Positions 10,301 through 17,928 are shown, numbered from the stretch's first letter. The stretch: DNA of 49,564 nt from Anaerolineae bacterium (GCA_035464455.1 DATHSE010000171.1:1-49564), one strand, 5' to 3'. Made by a program: numbers and translations. The notes: generated by a model from the letters alone, not told the origin.

Positions 10301-10690
10301 GCGGGTGAGCTCCTCCAGTCCGAAGGCGAAGATGTTCTGGTAGACAGTGGACTCGACGCCCTGGAGCAGCAGCGCAAGGTGCGTCGGGCCGAGATCGCGG
10401 TCGGCCTCGATGACGCGGAGCCTGCCCTCCCCGCCGCGGTCACCGTAGCGCTCGATGCGCAGCTCGCGGCCATCGGCCATGACGACGTCCAGCCAGCCGC
10501 CGCGGGCACCGCCGTTGACGGCGGGATAGCGGTTTGGCTCGAAGCCGAAGAGCATCGCGCGGATGAAGGCCAGCAGGGTTGTCTTGCCCGCCTCGTTAGG
10601 TCCCCTAACGACCGTCAGCCCGGGAGCGGGCGCCAGGCGAGCGTTGTGCAGCTGGCCGAAGCCGTCGATGGCGATGGTGTCGATGCGCAC
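7319..10690 (-). CDS. SbcC/YhaN-like AAA ATPase (SMC/Rad50-type head, long coiled coil, internal TM hairpin)
   Basis: N-terminal Walker A (VRGPNEAGKTTLL). C-terminal signature plus Walker B (LSRGTSEQLYLALRFGL .. PLPIVMDDILVNFD). About 900 aa are Ala/Glu/Arg/Leu-rich coiled coil. Two hydrophobic helices (WLLAPLALGIGAVAMAVILLLLEV / LPVVLVVAAAGLVGAAMLAYLL) are encoded at about 9020-9170. GTG start sits 3 nt after the upstream stop. Confidence 0.85.
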   Translation of the reverse strand: MRIDTIAIDGFGQLHNARLAPAPGLTVVRGPNEAGKTTLLAFIRAMLFGFEPNRYPAVNGGARGGWLDVVMADGRELRIERYGDRGGEGRLRVIEADRDLGPTHLALLLQGVESTVYQNIFAFGLEELTRFQTLKDDEVAARIYGAGLGTGGVSGLKVESDLRGRMEGCFKSGGSKPEINELLKALEDIDRDLAGRDLPRAYAEAGAQLDEVLARLTELGRQHETLEAERRRQQRLIDGWDTWLELRRLQDARDALAQVRTFAAVTLERLSALEAGLGESAKAADTAVRERDRAQARLDEAVIDEAALAHRDELAALGEATRIEAARADERARCERELTEARSAMVAALAGLGAHWTIERVEGFDDSIAVKAEISGRFRTSLAAAEQALASARSSHEAAQEQLKDAEAQVEAAAARVAELDEALAGRPAPALRERAMREIETLGERLTTQQRMAADRPADDPAETRVALDERRAQARELSAALGSRDAADQMLPSAMALAESATGQTQRWLLAPLALGIGAVAMAVILLLLEVTLPVVLVVAAAGLVGAAMLAYLLRSRGATDALATYERLEQQRSLANDTIERLGATLGLGSTPSRTDVEQLQDALEEERGRLQRDLDRLDAALAAEREAERLAGELAAATTAAGLPVAPDADELEAFRAAIAADRETDSRRTQATEHETQARTAAEAQGRRVTELAAELERRTTAAEAARTEWAEWLAAHDLDPGFDRETAGRVVDSVTSAKGGVAAQRAAERRTDELRAEHAAYVAQVEALRPLLADGAAEHAGTADAADVGTEATLLAKRLQDALAGERDRAELAHALEERQAAVTAAQESRDLAQAELDAFLAESAVGDAATLRAEVERSRRAAVLDTGIEAARATLTTLSGPGMALQELMTDLGAVEDIADVKATVAGIAEQLAQLAQDRDELNQEAGRLRASRSEMETDADPTELRQERADLLSRLEATAERWAVYALAHHVLKRSRRVYEEAHRPAVVEKAEHVLRQWTDGRYERIVAPLGEDIRGIQRRDGVEISLPALSRGTSEQLYLALRFGLVQHFVETSGEPLPIVMDDILVNFDEERAARASRSIEELAQTCQVIYFTCHPSTPLEADVQHPLPRIEVA

Positions 10691-10693
10691 GCG

Positions 10694-12013
10694 CTAGCTC
10701 TCGTCACCGAGCCGGTCGAGCAGCAGCGTCTCCACCTCATCGAGCAGGACGGCGACCCCCGCCCCGTCGGGTCGCACTCCGTTGAGGTACTTGCGCGCCC
10801 TGCTGTTGGCGAAGAGCTCGTCGAGGGCCCTGTCTACGCCGGCGGCGACCTCCGCGGCGTCGGCTGGATCTCCGACCGCGACTGCAGCCTCGCCATCCGC
10901 CGTCGACAGCTGCCCGCGCATGGCATCGAGGCGTCGCAGCAGATCGCCCACGAAATCATCGGCCTTGCGTCGCTCGGCCAGGTCCAGGACGGGGCGGGTG
11001 CGGTCTCGCAGGGACTCGATCCAGGCGAAGGGCTCGGCCGTGCCCAGCCCATCGCGGGCTGCGACGAGGACGTCACCCAGCATGCCCGCCCGCGTCAGCG
11101 AGGCGTGAAGGGCTCCCCGGCCGCCGAGCCGGACGCGCGCCACGACCGAGCGCCCGGCGGCGGTGCGCGCGTCGTCGACCGCGGTCACGACGGCCTCGAT
11201 GAGCGACTCTTCGGTGGCCAGGCCATCGATGGCGACGTCAAGGATCTGCCAGCGAACCACGTCCAGTGGGCGGAACACGGGGCGGATGCGTCCTGCGTCA
11301 TCCACGTCCACGAGGTAGCAGCCGCGCGGCTCGGTCTCGCCGGGATCGCGTCCCTGTGGATTGCCGCAGTAGACGGCGACGGGACGCTCGTCGGAGAGGA
11401 TCCGCTGGGCGTGGACGTGACCCAGGGCCCAGTAGTCCATGCCGCTGGCGCGCAGGTCGGCCATGGTGCAGGGAGCGTAGTTGGCGTGACCCTCCGCGCC
11501 GCCGACGTTGGCATGCAGCAGGCCGATGGCGAAGGTTCCCTCGGGCTCGCGCACGAACGACTTGGCGAGGTTCTGCTTGATGTCACGCTGGTGGTAGCTG
11601 ATGCCGTAGACGCGGGCGATCTCCTCGCTGCCCCGCAGCACCGGGGCGGCGGTCACCTCGTGCGCCGGGAAGCGATGCGCCAGCTGCGGCCAGGTCACGC
11701 TGGGCTCCCAGCCATCAAGGGGGTCGTGATTGCCGGTGACGACGAAGGAGGGGATGCCTTCGTCCGACAGCCGCTTGAGGCCGTCGCGGAAGACGAGCTG
11801 TCCGCGCAGCGTGCGGTTGGCGTGCTCGAAGGCATCGCCGGCGACGAGGAGGAAGTCGGCTTGCTCCGCGAGTGCCAGGTCGACGACGGCGTTCCAGGCG
11901 CTGATGGTGGACTCGCGAAGGATCCGCACCACGTTCGCGGGTGCCTCGGACGTCAGCCCGATGAAGGGGCTGTCGAGATGCAGGTCACCGGTATGGACGA
12001 AACGGAACGCCAA
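10694..12013 (-). CDS. SbcD/YhaO-like metallophosphoesterase DNA-repair exonuclease
   Basis: Calcineurin-like motifs are present in order: HTGDLHLD, VAGDAFEH, VTGNHDP, GLLHANVGG, ALGHVHA. Start set at TTG 12013 (LAFRFVHTGDLH) with GAGGGAG 7 nt upstream. The ORF track extends to 12088. Confidence 0.85.
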   Translation of the reverse strand: MAFRFVHTGDLHLDSPFIGLTSEAPANVVRILRESTISAWNAVVDLALAEQADFLLVAGDAFEHANRTLRGQLVFRDGLKRLSDEGIPSFVVTGNHDPLDGWEPSVTWPQLAHRFPAHEVTAAPVLRGSEEIARVYGISYHQRDIKQNLAKSFVREPEGTFAIGLLHANVGGAEGHANYAPCTMADLRASGMDYWALGHVHAQRILSDERPVAVYCGNPQGRDPGETEPRGCYLVDVDDAGRIRPVFRPLDVVRWQILDVAIDGLATEESLIEAVVTAVDDARTAAGRSVVARVRLGGRGALHASLTRAGMLGDVLVAARDGLGTAEPFAWIESLRDRTRPVLDLAERRKADDFVGDLLRRLDAMRGQLSTADGEAAVAVGDPADAAEVAAGVDRALDELFANSRARKYLNGVRPDGAGVAVLLDEVETLLLDRLGDES

Positions 12014-12314
12014 CGCTATCTCCCTCGCAAGGCAGTCTACGACGCGGCCGCCCGTCGGGTGGCTCGACGCTCGGATGCCTCGCGGCACGCGGCCTGACTG
12101 GGCGAGGATGGCTTCGGGATGCTGCTCGCTCGCCCGTCAGTGTCGCCGCTGAGCCCTCGCGGTCGGTGTCGTGGTCAGCCGTCGCCGTGGGCAACGCTTT
12201 CGACGCCGGCTGGCGATGTCGATGGTCATACGTCGCCCTCGCCGACGCTAGTCGCACGTCGATGCCCCGTCTGGCGGTCCTCGAGCGATGCACTCCCGCC
12301 GTTCATGCCCTGCC

Positions 12315-12407
12315 GAGCGTGGGAGCGGCTCCGCTGAGCGTGGGAGCGGGGCCGCCGAGCGCTGGGAGCGGGGCCGCCGAGCGTGGGAGCGGGGCCGCCG
12401 AGCGCTG
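12315..12407. repeat. 21-22-bp tandem repeat x4.4 (GAGCG(C)TGGGAGCGGGGCCGCC) in non-coding DNA
   Basis: Units at 12315, 12336, 12357 and 12379, with a partial unit at 12400. The units are contiguous, with no spacers. Confidence 0.9.
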
Positions 12408-12627
12408 CGCGAACCGGCGATCGCATCGCGGGGGTGACTACGAGCGGGACTACGGTCGCTGTGGGCGACGGTAGTCCACGAGCGGGACGACCCGCCGCTG
12501 CCGGAGAAGGCGCGCCGGTGCCGGGGACGGTGCGCCGGTATCCCGGTATCCCATCGAAGCCTGGGAACCGCGGCTCGTGGGACCGATGTGCTCGCCGGGC
12601 TTGCCGGGTCGCTGAGTTTCGCGCCCA

Positions 12628-12666
12628 TTGACCTCGGTGCGCTTATCAACTAGTTTACCGACTAGT
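12628..12666 (+). promoter_or_regulatory. Promoter and operator of the first phd-vapC module
   Basis: TTGACC (12628-33), a 17-nt spacer, then TAGTTT (12651-56). Two palindromic ACTAGT hexamers (12649-54, 12661-66) are spaced 12 bp apart and overlap the -10 and predicted TSS. ATG at 12667. Confidence 0.5.
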
Positions 12667-12906
12667 ATGAAGACGATCGGGGCCTTCGAGGCCAAGACCC
12701 ACCTCTCCGAGCTGCTTGACCTCGCCGCGCTGGGTGAGCGCGTGACGATTACCCGCCGGGGCAAGCCGGTCGCCATGCTTGTGCCGATCAGCCAGGAGCC
12801 GTCGGTGACGCCCGCGGAAGCGGCGACGGCCCTGCGTCGTCTGCGAGTGGGCGTGACGCTGGGCGGGGTCAGGTTGCGCGACCTGATCGAGGAAGGCCGC
12901 CGCTGA
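12667..12906 (+). CDS. vapB: Type II antitoxin, Phd/YefM family (VapB-type partner of VapC)
   Basis: MKTIGAFEAKTHLSELLDLAALGERVTITRRGKPVAMLVP is the canonical Phd/YefM N-terminus. The stop overlaps the toxin ATG (TGATG). Confidence 0.85.
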   Translation: MKTIGAFEAKTHLSELLDLAALGERVTITRRGKPVAMLVPISQEPSVTPAEAATALRRLRVGVTLGGVRLRDLIEEGRR

Positions 12907-13322
12907 TGGCGGCCCTGGTGATCGACGCGTCGGTCTCCGCGGCGTGGTTCCTGGAGGACGAGACCTCGTCGCTCACCGAGGCGGCCCTGGACCAGGTCGT
13001 GCGGGACGGCGCCGCGGTGCCGGCCGTGTGGCCCTTCGAGATGGCGAACGTGCTGGTCATGGCCGAGCGACGCGGCCGGATCGGTTCCGCGCGAGCGGCA
13101 AACATCCGCGTGGCGCTGCTGGCGTTGCCGGTGCACATCGACGACGCTGAGACGCTCTCGCTGGTGTCCGCCATCGTCGGGATGGCACGGGCTCACCGGC
13201 TCAGCGCCTACGACGCGGCATACCTCGAGCTGTCGTTGCGCACCGGCCTGGCGCTGGCGACGCGCGACGCGGCGCTGCGGGCCGCCGCGGCACAACTTGG
13301 GGTGCCCCTCTTCGCCGGTTGA
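12906..13322 (+). CDS. vapC: Type II toxin VapC (PIN-domain ribonuclease)
   Basis: PIN acidic residues sit in the expected contexts: LVIDASV, PFEMANV, SAYDAAYLEL, LATRDAAL. 138 aa. Coupled to the antitoxin. Confidence 0.85.
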   Translation: MAALVIDASVSAAWFLEDETSSLTEAALDQVVRDGAAVPAVWPFEMANVLVMAERRGRIGSARAANIRVALLALPVHIDDAETLSLVSAIVGMARAHRLSAYDAAYLELSLRTGLALATRDAALRAAAAQLGVPLFAG

Positions 13323-13438
13323 CCGCTATGCCGCGCCGTGCTGGGCAGCGGCCAGATCGAGTCCGAAGTGGTGGACGAACGCCATCTGGACGGCCGATGG
13401 GACGTCCGTGCCGCGTCGGCCGGCCCGCAGGCAATGTA

Positions 13439-13473
13439 TTGACAGTAACACGTGATGCTGTCACGATACGCCC
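13439..13473 (+). promoter_or_regulatory. Promoter with embedded 24-bp dyad upstream of merR-vWA (candidate MerR operator; leaderless start)
   Basis: TTGACA (13439-44), a 17-nt spacer, then CACGAT (13462-67), with ATG 13474 six nt further on. The dyad TGACAG-TAACACGTGATG-CTGTCA (13440-13463) has a central CACGTG and fills the -35/-10 spacer, as in MerR-type promoters. Confidence 0.5.
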
Positions 13474-14052
13474 ATGCCGACGGAACAGGAGTATGCGATC
13501 GGGGAGCTGGCGGATCTCGCGGGAGTGACGCCACGCACCATCCGCTACTACGTCTCGATCGGCCTGCTGCCGGCACCGGAGTCGGCGGGGCCAAAGACGC
13601 GGTACACGGACGGTCACCTCAAGCGCTTGCGCCTGATCCGGCACCTCCAGCGACAGCACCTGCCACTGGCCGAGATCGGCCAGCGCCTTGCCGGCCTCGC
13701 TGAGGAGGCGGTAGCGGAAGCGCTCGATGCCGGGGTCTCGGTCCGACCGACCGACTCGGCACTCGAGTACATCGACCGGCTGAAGGGGACGGTGCCATCC
13801 GGCGCCGCGGCCCGGGAACTACGGATGGCGAAGGAGATCAGCCCCACGGAGCCCTGGATCACCAGCCAGGCACTCGCGGAGACGCGTCCAACGGAGCGCA
13901 AGGCCCCGCTGGACACACGTACGCGCTGGGAACGCGTACCGCTCGGCGAGCACGTCGAACTACACATCCGCCAGCCCCTGGACCGGCGGACGCACAAGCA
14001 GATCGAGCGCCTTATCCGACTCGGACGGGAGATGCTCGAGGAAGGGGACTGA
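13474..14052 (+). CDS. MerR family transcriptional regulator with an uncharacterised ~120-aa C-terminal domain
   Basis: YAIGELADLAGVTPRTIRYYVSIGLLPAP..RYTDGHLKRLRLIRHLQ is the MerR wHTH. The C-terminal part has no recognisable sensor motif (no Cys). Confidence 0.85.
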   Translation: MPTEQEYAIGELADLAGVTPRTIRYYVSIGLLPAPESAGPKTRYTDGHLKRLRLIRHLQRQHLPLAEIGQRLAGLAEEAVAEALDAGVSVRPTDSALEYIDRLKGTVPSGAAARELRMAKEISPTEPWITSQALAETRPTERKAPLDTRTRWERVPLGEHVELHIRQPLDRRTHKQIERLIRLGREMLEEGD

Positions 14053-14054
14053 CC

Positions 14055-15335
14055 ATGCCATCGACCAACCACGACCCACGACTCCGGGCTCGCCAGGACC
14101 GCCGCCTCATCCGCACCCGCTGGCACAGCAAGCGCTTCGTGGTGGCCCAGGTCACCGCGCCGCAGGCGGTCAGCAGCACCGAGCGCGCACCGGTCAACCT
14201 GGCCTTCGTCATCGACCGTTCCGGCTCCATGGCGAACGGCCGTCTCCAGCTGGCCATGAACGCGGTGGAGGAGGGCATCGCGCGCCTCAAGCCCAGCGAC
14301 CGCTTCAGCGTTGTCGTGTACGACGACCACATCGACTCGCTGGTGAGCGGGGCCTTCGCCACGGCAGAGGCTACGCGAGGGGCCATCGAGCGGCTACGCC
14401 ACGTCGGCGCCCGCGGCGCCACCGACCTCGGCGGCGGCTGGCTGCGCGGCTGCGAGCACGTCGCGAGCGAGCTGCTGGAGCTCGGCGTCAACCGCGTGCT
14501 GCTGCTGACCGACGGCCTCGCCAACCGTGGCATCACCTCGCTCGAGGAGCTGGAGCACCACGCGGCGGAGCTGCGCAAGCGTGGCGTCTCGACATCTACC
14601 TTCGGGGTGGGAGACAGCTTCAACGAGGTCCTGCTGCAGGCCATGGCCCAGGCCGGCGGCGGCCAGTTCTACGACATCGCCTCCGCGGCACAGATCCGCG
14701 ACCACATCGAGAGCGAGGTCGGCGAGACGCTGGAGGTGGTAGCGCACGACGTCAGGCTCGACGTCACCTTCCCTGATAGCGTGCGCGTGGAACCGCTGGG
14801 CGCCTTCCAGGCCCGCATCGGCCCAGGCCGCGCGATAGTGGAGCTGGCCGACCTGGTGTCAGGTCAGCAGGTAGACGTGCCGCTGCGCCTGTCGTTCCCC
14901 TTCGGCGAGATGGGCGACGCGGTGATGATGGAGCTGGGCCTGGCCGACCGCGAGGGCGTGTTCAGTGGCGCCGGCGACCGGCTGGCCTGGGGCTACGCGG
15001 ACGACCGCGACAACGATGAGCAGGCGCGTGACCGCGAGGTCGACCGGCTCATCGCCGGCATCTATGCGGCACGGGCTCGTCGGGCGGCGGTGTCGCTCAA
15101 CCGTGGCGGTGACTTCGATGGTGCCCGCGACGCACTCCAGGCGACGGCCAGGAAGATCCGCGGCTACGCGGGTGACGACGGGGTCCTGCAGGGCATCGTG
15201 GAGGCGCTCATGCAGGAGTCGGAGCAGTTCCACCGGGTCATGGCGGAGCGCGCGCGCAAGGAGCACTACGCGCGCAGCAGCCACGCCATGCGCTCCCGCG
15301 ACGCTCAGGGCAAGGCGCTCCGCCGGATGGAGTGA
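14055..15335 (+). CDS. von Willebrand factor type A (vWA) domain protein
   Basis: MIDAS motif VIDRSGSM, then GATDLGGG and LLTDGLAN. ATG lies 2 nt after the merR stop. The C-terminal ~130 aa are helical and uncharacterised. Confidence 0.85.
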   Translation: MPSTNHDPRLRARQDRRLIRTRWHSKRFVVAQVTAPQAVSSTERAPVNLAFVIDRSGSMANGRLQLAMNAVEEGIARLKPSDRFSVVVYDDHIDSLVSGAFATAEATRGAIERLRHVGARGATDLGGGWLRGCEHVASELLELGVNRVLLLTDGLANRGITSLEELEHHAAELRKRGVSTSTFGVGDSFNEVLLQAMAQAGGGQFYDIASAAQIRDHIESEVGETLEVVAHDVRLDVTFPDSVRVEPLGAFQARIGPGRAIVELADLVSGQQVDVPLRLSFPFGEMGDAVMMELGLADREGVFSGAGDRLAWGYADDRDNDEQARDREVDRLIAGIYAARARRAAVSLNRGGDFDGARDALQATARKIRGYAGDDGVLQGIVEALMQESEQFHRVMAERARKEHYARSSHAMRSRDAQGKALRRME

Positions 15336-15440
15336 GCGGTCAGTCGTCGAAGCTGGCGATGATCAGGCAGTGGTCTGAGAGTCGCCAGGCTTCGCCGCGG
15401 TGAGTGCCGCCTGCGGGAGAGGTCAGCACCGCGCCGTTGG

Positions 15441-15821
15441 TCAGTCCAGCGTCGAGAGCAGGAACAGGACGAGCGCGACGGCACCCACCACGATGCCGGC
15501 CGTGAGGAGCAGGTGCGCCAGCAGGGCGGGCCGGTAGGTCTGCGTATCGATCTCCCGCTCGGTGCGCATGAAGCGATAGGCGCCCACGACCGACACCACC
15601 GCACCAAGGACGATCAGGGTGATCCCGAGGATGGATCCGGCGACCGTGGTCCCGCCACCTTCGAGCGCGAACCGGTCCACCAGGAAGCCGATGGCGACGA
15701 CGCCGAGCGCCGTGCGCTGCCAGGCCAGCAGCGTGCGCTCATTGGCCAGGTGGTCGCGCACCGCAGCTTCGGGCATGTCGCGCCGGTCCGTGGCGCGTTC
15801 GGCATCGTCCTGACCGCTCAT
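15441..15821 (-). CDS. DUF202 (YidH-like) membrane protein
   Basis: LANERTLLAWQRTAL motif plus three hydrophobic helices. Start at ATG 15821 (MSGQDD..). Confidence 0.75.
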   Translation of the reverse strand: MSGQDDAERATDRRDMPEAAVRDHLANERTLLAWQRTALGVVAIGFLVDRFALEGGGTTVAGSILGITLIVLGAVVSVVGAYRFMRTEREIDTQTYRPALLAHLLLTAGIVVGAVALVLFLLSTLD

Positions 15822-15934
15822 CGTGCCATCGTGCCATGCCTCGGCCTGCAGGACCCGCCGGTGTCGGCGCTCGCCAGCGCGGCCGGGGCCCGGAGCCACG
15901 ACCGCTGCGTCGAGCCCAGGGACGTCTCCGTCGC

Positions 15935-16834
15935 CTACGACGGCTCGGAGCTCATCTCCATGGCCGCCCGTTCGAGGCCGTCGCGGTCGGTGATGGGATT
16001 CGACTCGGGGAAGCTCGTGGTCAGGTAGTGCTGGGCGAAGGGGAAGCAACACGCCTCGAAGGGCTCGCCGGCCAGGAGCGTGTCCCCGAAGGTGTTGGCC
16101 TCGATCGTGACGGCATCGAGGGGGATGTCCAGAGCTTGGGTCACCTCGCCAGGGTCGAAGATGAGGCCGAAGGGGACAGAGTCCGGGTCGAGCAGCCGCC
16201 CCCCGTAGTCCACGGAGAGGTTCCCTTCGAGCCAGAGGCGCTGGTCGAGCGGGCGCATCGAAGCTGCGCCCAGCTCCGCGACGCTGGCGATGTGGTTGCG
16301 ACCGTGCGCGCTCTTCACGTCCACGATCAGCTCGCCCGAGTGCGCGGTCGTGACCACGGCGTGACTCGTGCTGGCGCCGGAGAACCCTTGGCCGGGGTCA
16401 TAGCTGATGGTGTTCGACTCGTAGTCGCAGATGACCCACGTCAGCATCCCGGTCTTCGTGTTCTCGGCGATGAGATAGAACTCGACGCGGCTGCCCCAGA
16501 ACACGGAGGTATGCACGTTGAACGCGGCGACGATCCCACAGGGCCTCGGCTCGGTACCCTCGAACAGCGCGGTCGGCAGCAGCTCGTAGCCAGGCGGCAG
16601 CTGCCTGCTGACCTCTGCCTCGTCCTTGAGCTCGTAGGCCAGGAAGAAGCTGTACGGCTCGACGACGAACCCGATGCGTGAGCCATCCCTGCTTGCCCGA
16701 GCCACGATCCGCTTCTGCACGCCCACCGGCAGCTTGCTGAGCATCTCCGCACGCCCATACAGCTTCCCGACGGCCCTGGGGGTGACCATCCTCTCGGTGG
16801 TCTTGATGAAGCGAAGCAGGTCAGGCTTGTCCAC
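15935..16834 (-). CDS. Hypothetical protein (299 aa; possibly an acetoacetate-decarboxylase/DUF2071-like beta fold, unverified)
   Basis: Well-balanced composition. Start proposed at GTG 16834 with AAGGA 6 nt upstream. The longer 493-aa ORF would overlap the Xre/RES genes and is Arg/Gly-rich upstream. Confidence 0.55.
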   Translation of the reverse strand: MDKPDLLRFIKTTERMVTPRAVGKLYGRAEMLSKLPVGVQKRIVARASRDGSRIGFVVEPYSFFLAYELKDEAEVSRQLPPGYELLPTALFEGTEPRPCGIVAAFNVHTSVFWGSRVEFYLIAENTKTGMLTWVICDYESNTISYDPGQGFSGASTSHAVVTTAHSGELIVDVKSAHGRNHIASVAELGAASMRPLDQRLWLEGNLSVDYGGRLLDPDSVPFGLIFDPGEVTQALDIPLDAVTIEANTFGDTLLAGEPFEACCFPFAQHYLTTSFPESNPITDRDGLERAAMEMSSEPS

Positions 16835-16993
16835 AGAACGTCCTTTGAGGAAGCGGCGCGATGCGCGCGGGCACGACAGGTGATCGCGCCGAAACGTAAC
16901 ACGAGATCCGGGGTGCGCTCGCCACGGCTGCCTGCCTGGTCCGCCACCGTCTCCGGTCTGGCGCATCACCATTCGGTGCGCTACGCTCCACGC

Positions 16994-17326
16994 ATGCAGA
17001 GCCGCGCACGCGTCAAGCTCGTCAGCCTGGTCGAGGACATGGGCAGCCAGGCGCAGGTGGCGCGCGCGCTCGATGTCGACCGCTCGCGGGTGAGCCGCTG
17101 GCTGGCCGACGAGGAGCCGGACCGCGAGAACCTGCTCAAGCTCGAGGCGGTCGAGTTCGTCCTTTCGCGACTCCGCTCGACCTACCAGCGCAGCACGGCC
17201 ATGAAGTGGCTCTTCGGCTTCAACGCCCACCTGGGCAATGCCCGGCCCATCGACCTGCTGACCCGCGGTCGCGTCTCCGATGTGCTGCGGGCGATCGAGG
17301 CTGACGAGACCGGCGCCTACGCGTAG
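16994..17326 (+). CDS. Xre-HTH / DUF2384 antitoxin (ParS/MbcA-type partner of RES toxins)
   Basis: HTH (GSQAQVARALDVDRSRVSRWL) plus the C-terminal DUF2384 signature (WLFGFNAHLGNARPIDLLTRGRVSDVLRAIEADETGAYA). TACGCT -10-like hexamer 6 nt upstream of the ATG. Confidence 0.8.
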   Translation: MQSRARVKLVSLVEDMGSQAQVARALDVDRSRVSRWLADEEPDRENLLKLEAVEFVLSRLRSTYQRSTAMKWLFGFNAHLGNARPIDLLTRGRVSDVLRAIEADETGAYA

Positions 17327-17343
17327 CAGCGGCCGGCCAGGCG

Positions 17344-17928
17344 ATGCTCCACCGCGTCTTCCGGGCACTCGAGGGAGCCGCACCGACCGCGCGTGGCGGC
17401 CCCCTGTTCGTCCCACGCGATCGCCAGGGGTCCGGCCGTCATGACGACCCCGTCCGCTATGGCGCCTTCTACGCCGCCCGTTCGCCGGTGGCGGCCGTAG
17501 CGGAGACGATCCAGGCCTTCCGCGGCCGCGACCTGGACCCAGGGGACCTGGAGCTGGCGGACGGGTCGCGCCTCACGCTGGCCGCTTTCGAGGAGACATC
17601 GCTGCAGAGGATGGTGGACCTGGACGACCCGACCGTGCTGGTCGAGGAGGGATGGCGGCCATCAGGCGTGGCCAGCCGGGACCGTGCCGTGACGCAGGCG
17701 ATGGCGGCGCGCGCCTTCGACGCGGGGGCGCTGGGTCTCAGCTGGTGGTCTACGCTCGACTCCGCCTGGACGAACGTGACCCTCTTCGCCGAACGGACCA
17801 TCGACGCCGGCGTGATCGTGCCGGCCGCTGCTCCGGAGCCACTGACACTGAAGCACCCCGCGGTCCTGGCCGCAGCCGACCACCTCGGCATCCCGCTGGT
17901 GTCACGCCGCCGCCGTTCGGGCGGCTGA
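17344..17928 (+). CDS. RES-domain toxin (ParT/MbcT family)
   Basis: R-E-S signature in context: GSGRHDDP..YGAFYAA (Arg), AVAETIQ (Glu), GLSWWST..NVTLF (Ser). Lies 17 nt downstream of the DUF2384 antitoxin. Confidence 0.8.
   Translation: MLHRVFRALEGAAPTARGGPLFVPRDRQGSGRHDDPVRYGAFYAARSPVAAVAETIQAFRGRDLDPGDLELADGSRLTLAAFEETSLQRMVDLDDPTVLVEEGWRPSGVASRDRAVTQAMAARAFDAGALGLSWWSTLDSAWTNVTLFAERTIDAGVIVPAAAPEPLTLKHPAVLAAADHLGIPLVSRRRRSGG

Noticed and set aside
8231-12097. 1288-aa ORF on the plus strand spanning the whole SbcCD-like locus
   Set aside because: It is antisense to two genes that have complete catalytic motif sets. Its translation is Gly/Arg/Ala/Leu/Pro-rich with no motif. This is a typical high-GC shadow ORF.
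12315-12407. Possible CRISPR array (regular 21-22-bp repeats)
   Set aside because: The repeat units are directly contiguous with no spacers, there are only about 4 units, and no cas genes lie nearby. It is a simple tandem repeat.
16835-17416. Upstream 194 codons of the 493-aa minus-strand ORF 15935..17416
   Set aside because: It would run antisense through the Xre antitoxin and into the RES toxin. The translation is Arg/Gly/Ala-rich, while the protein-like composition begins near GTG 16834.
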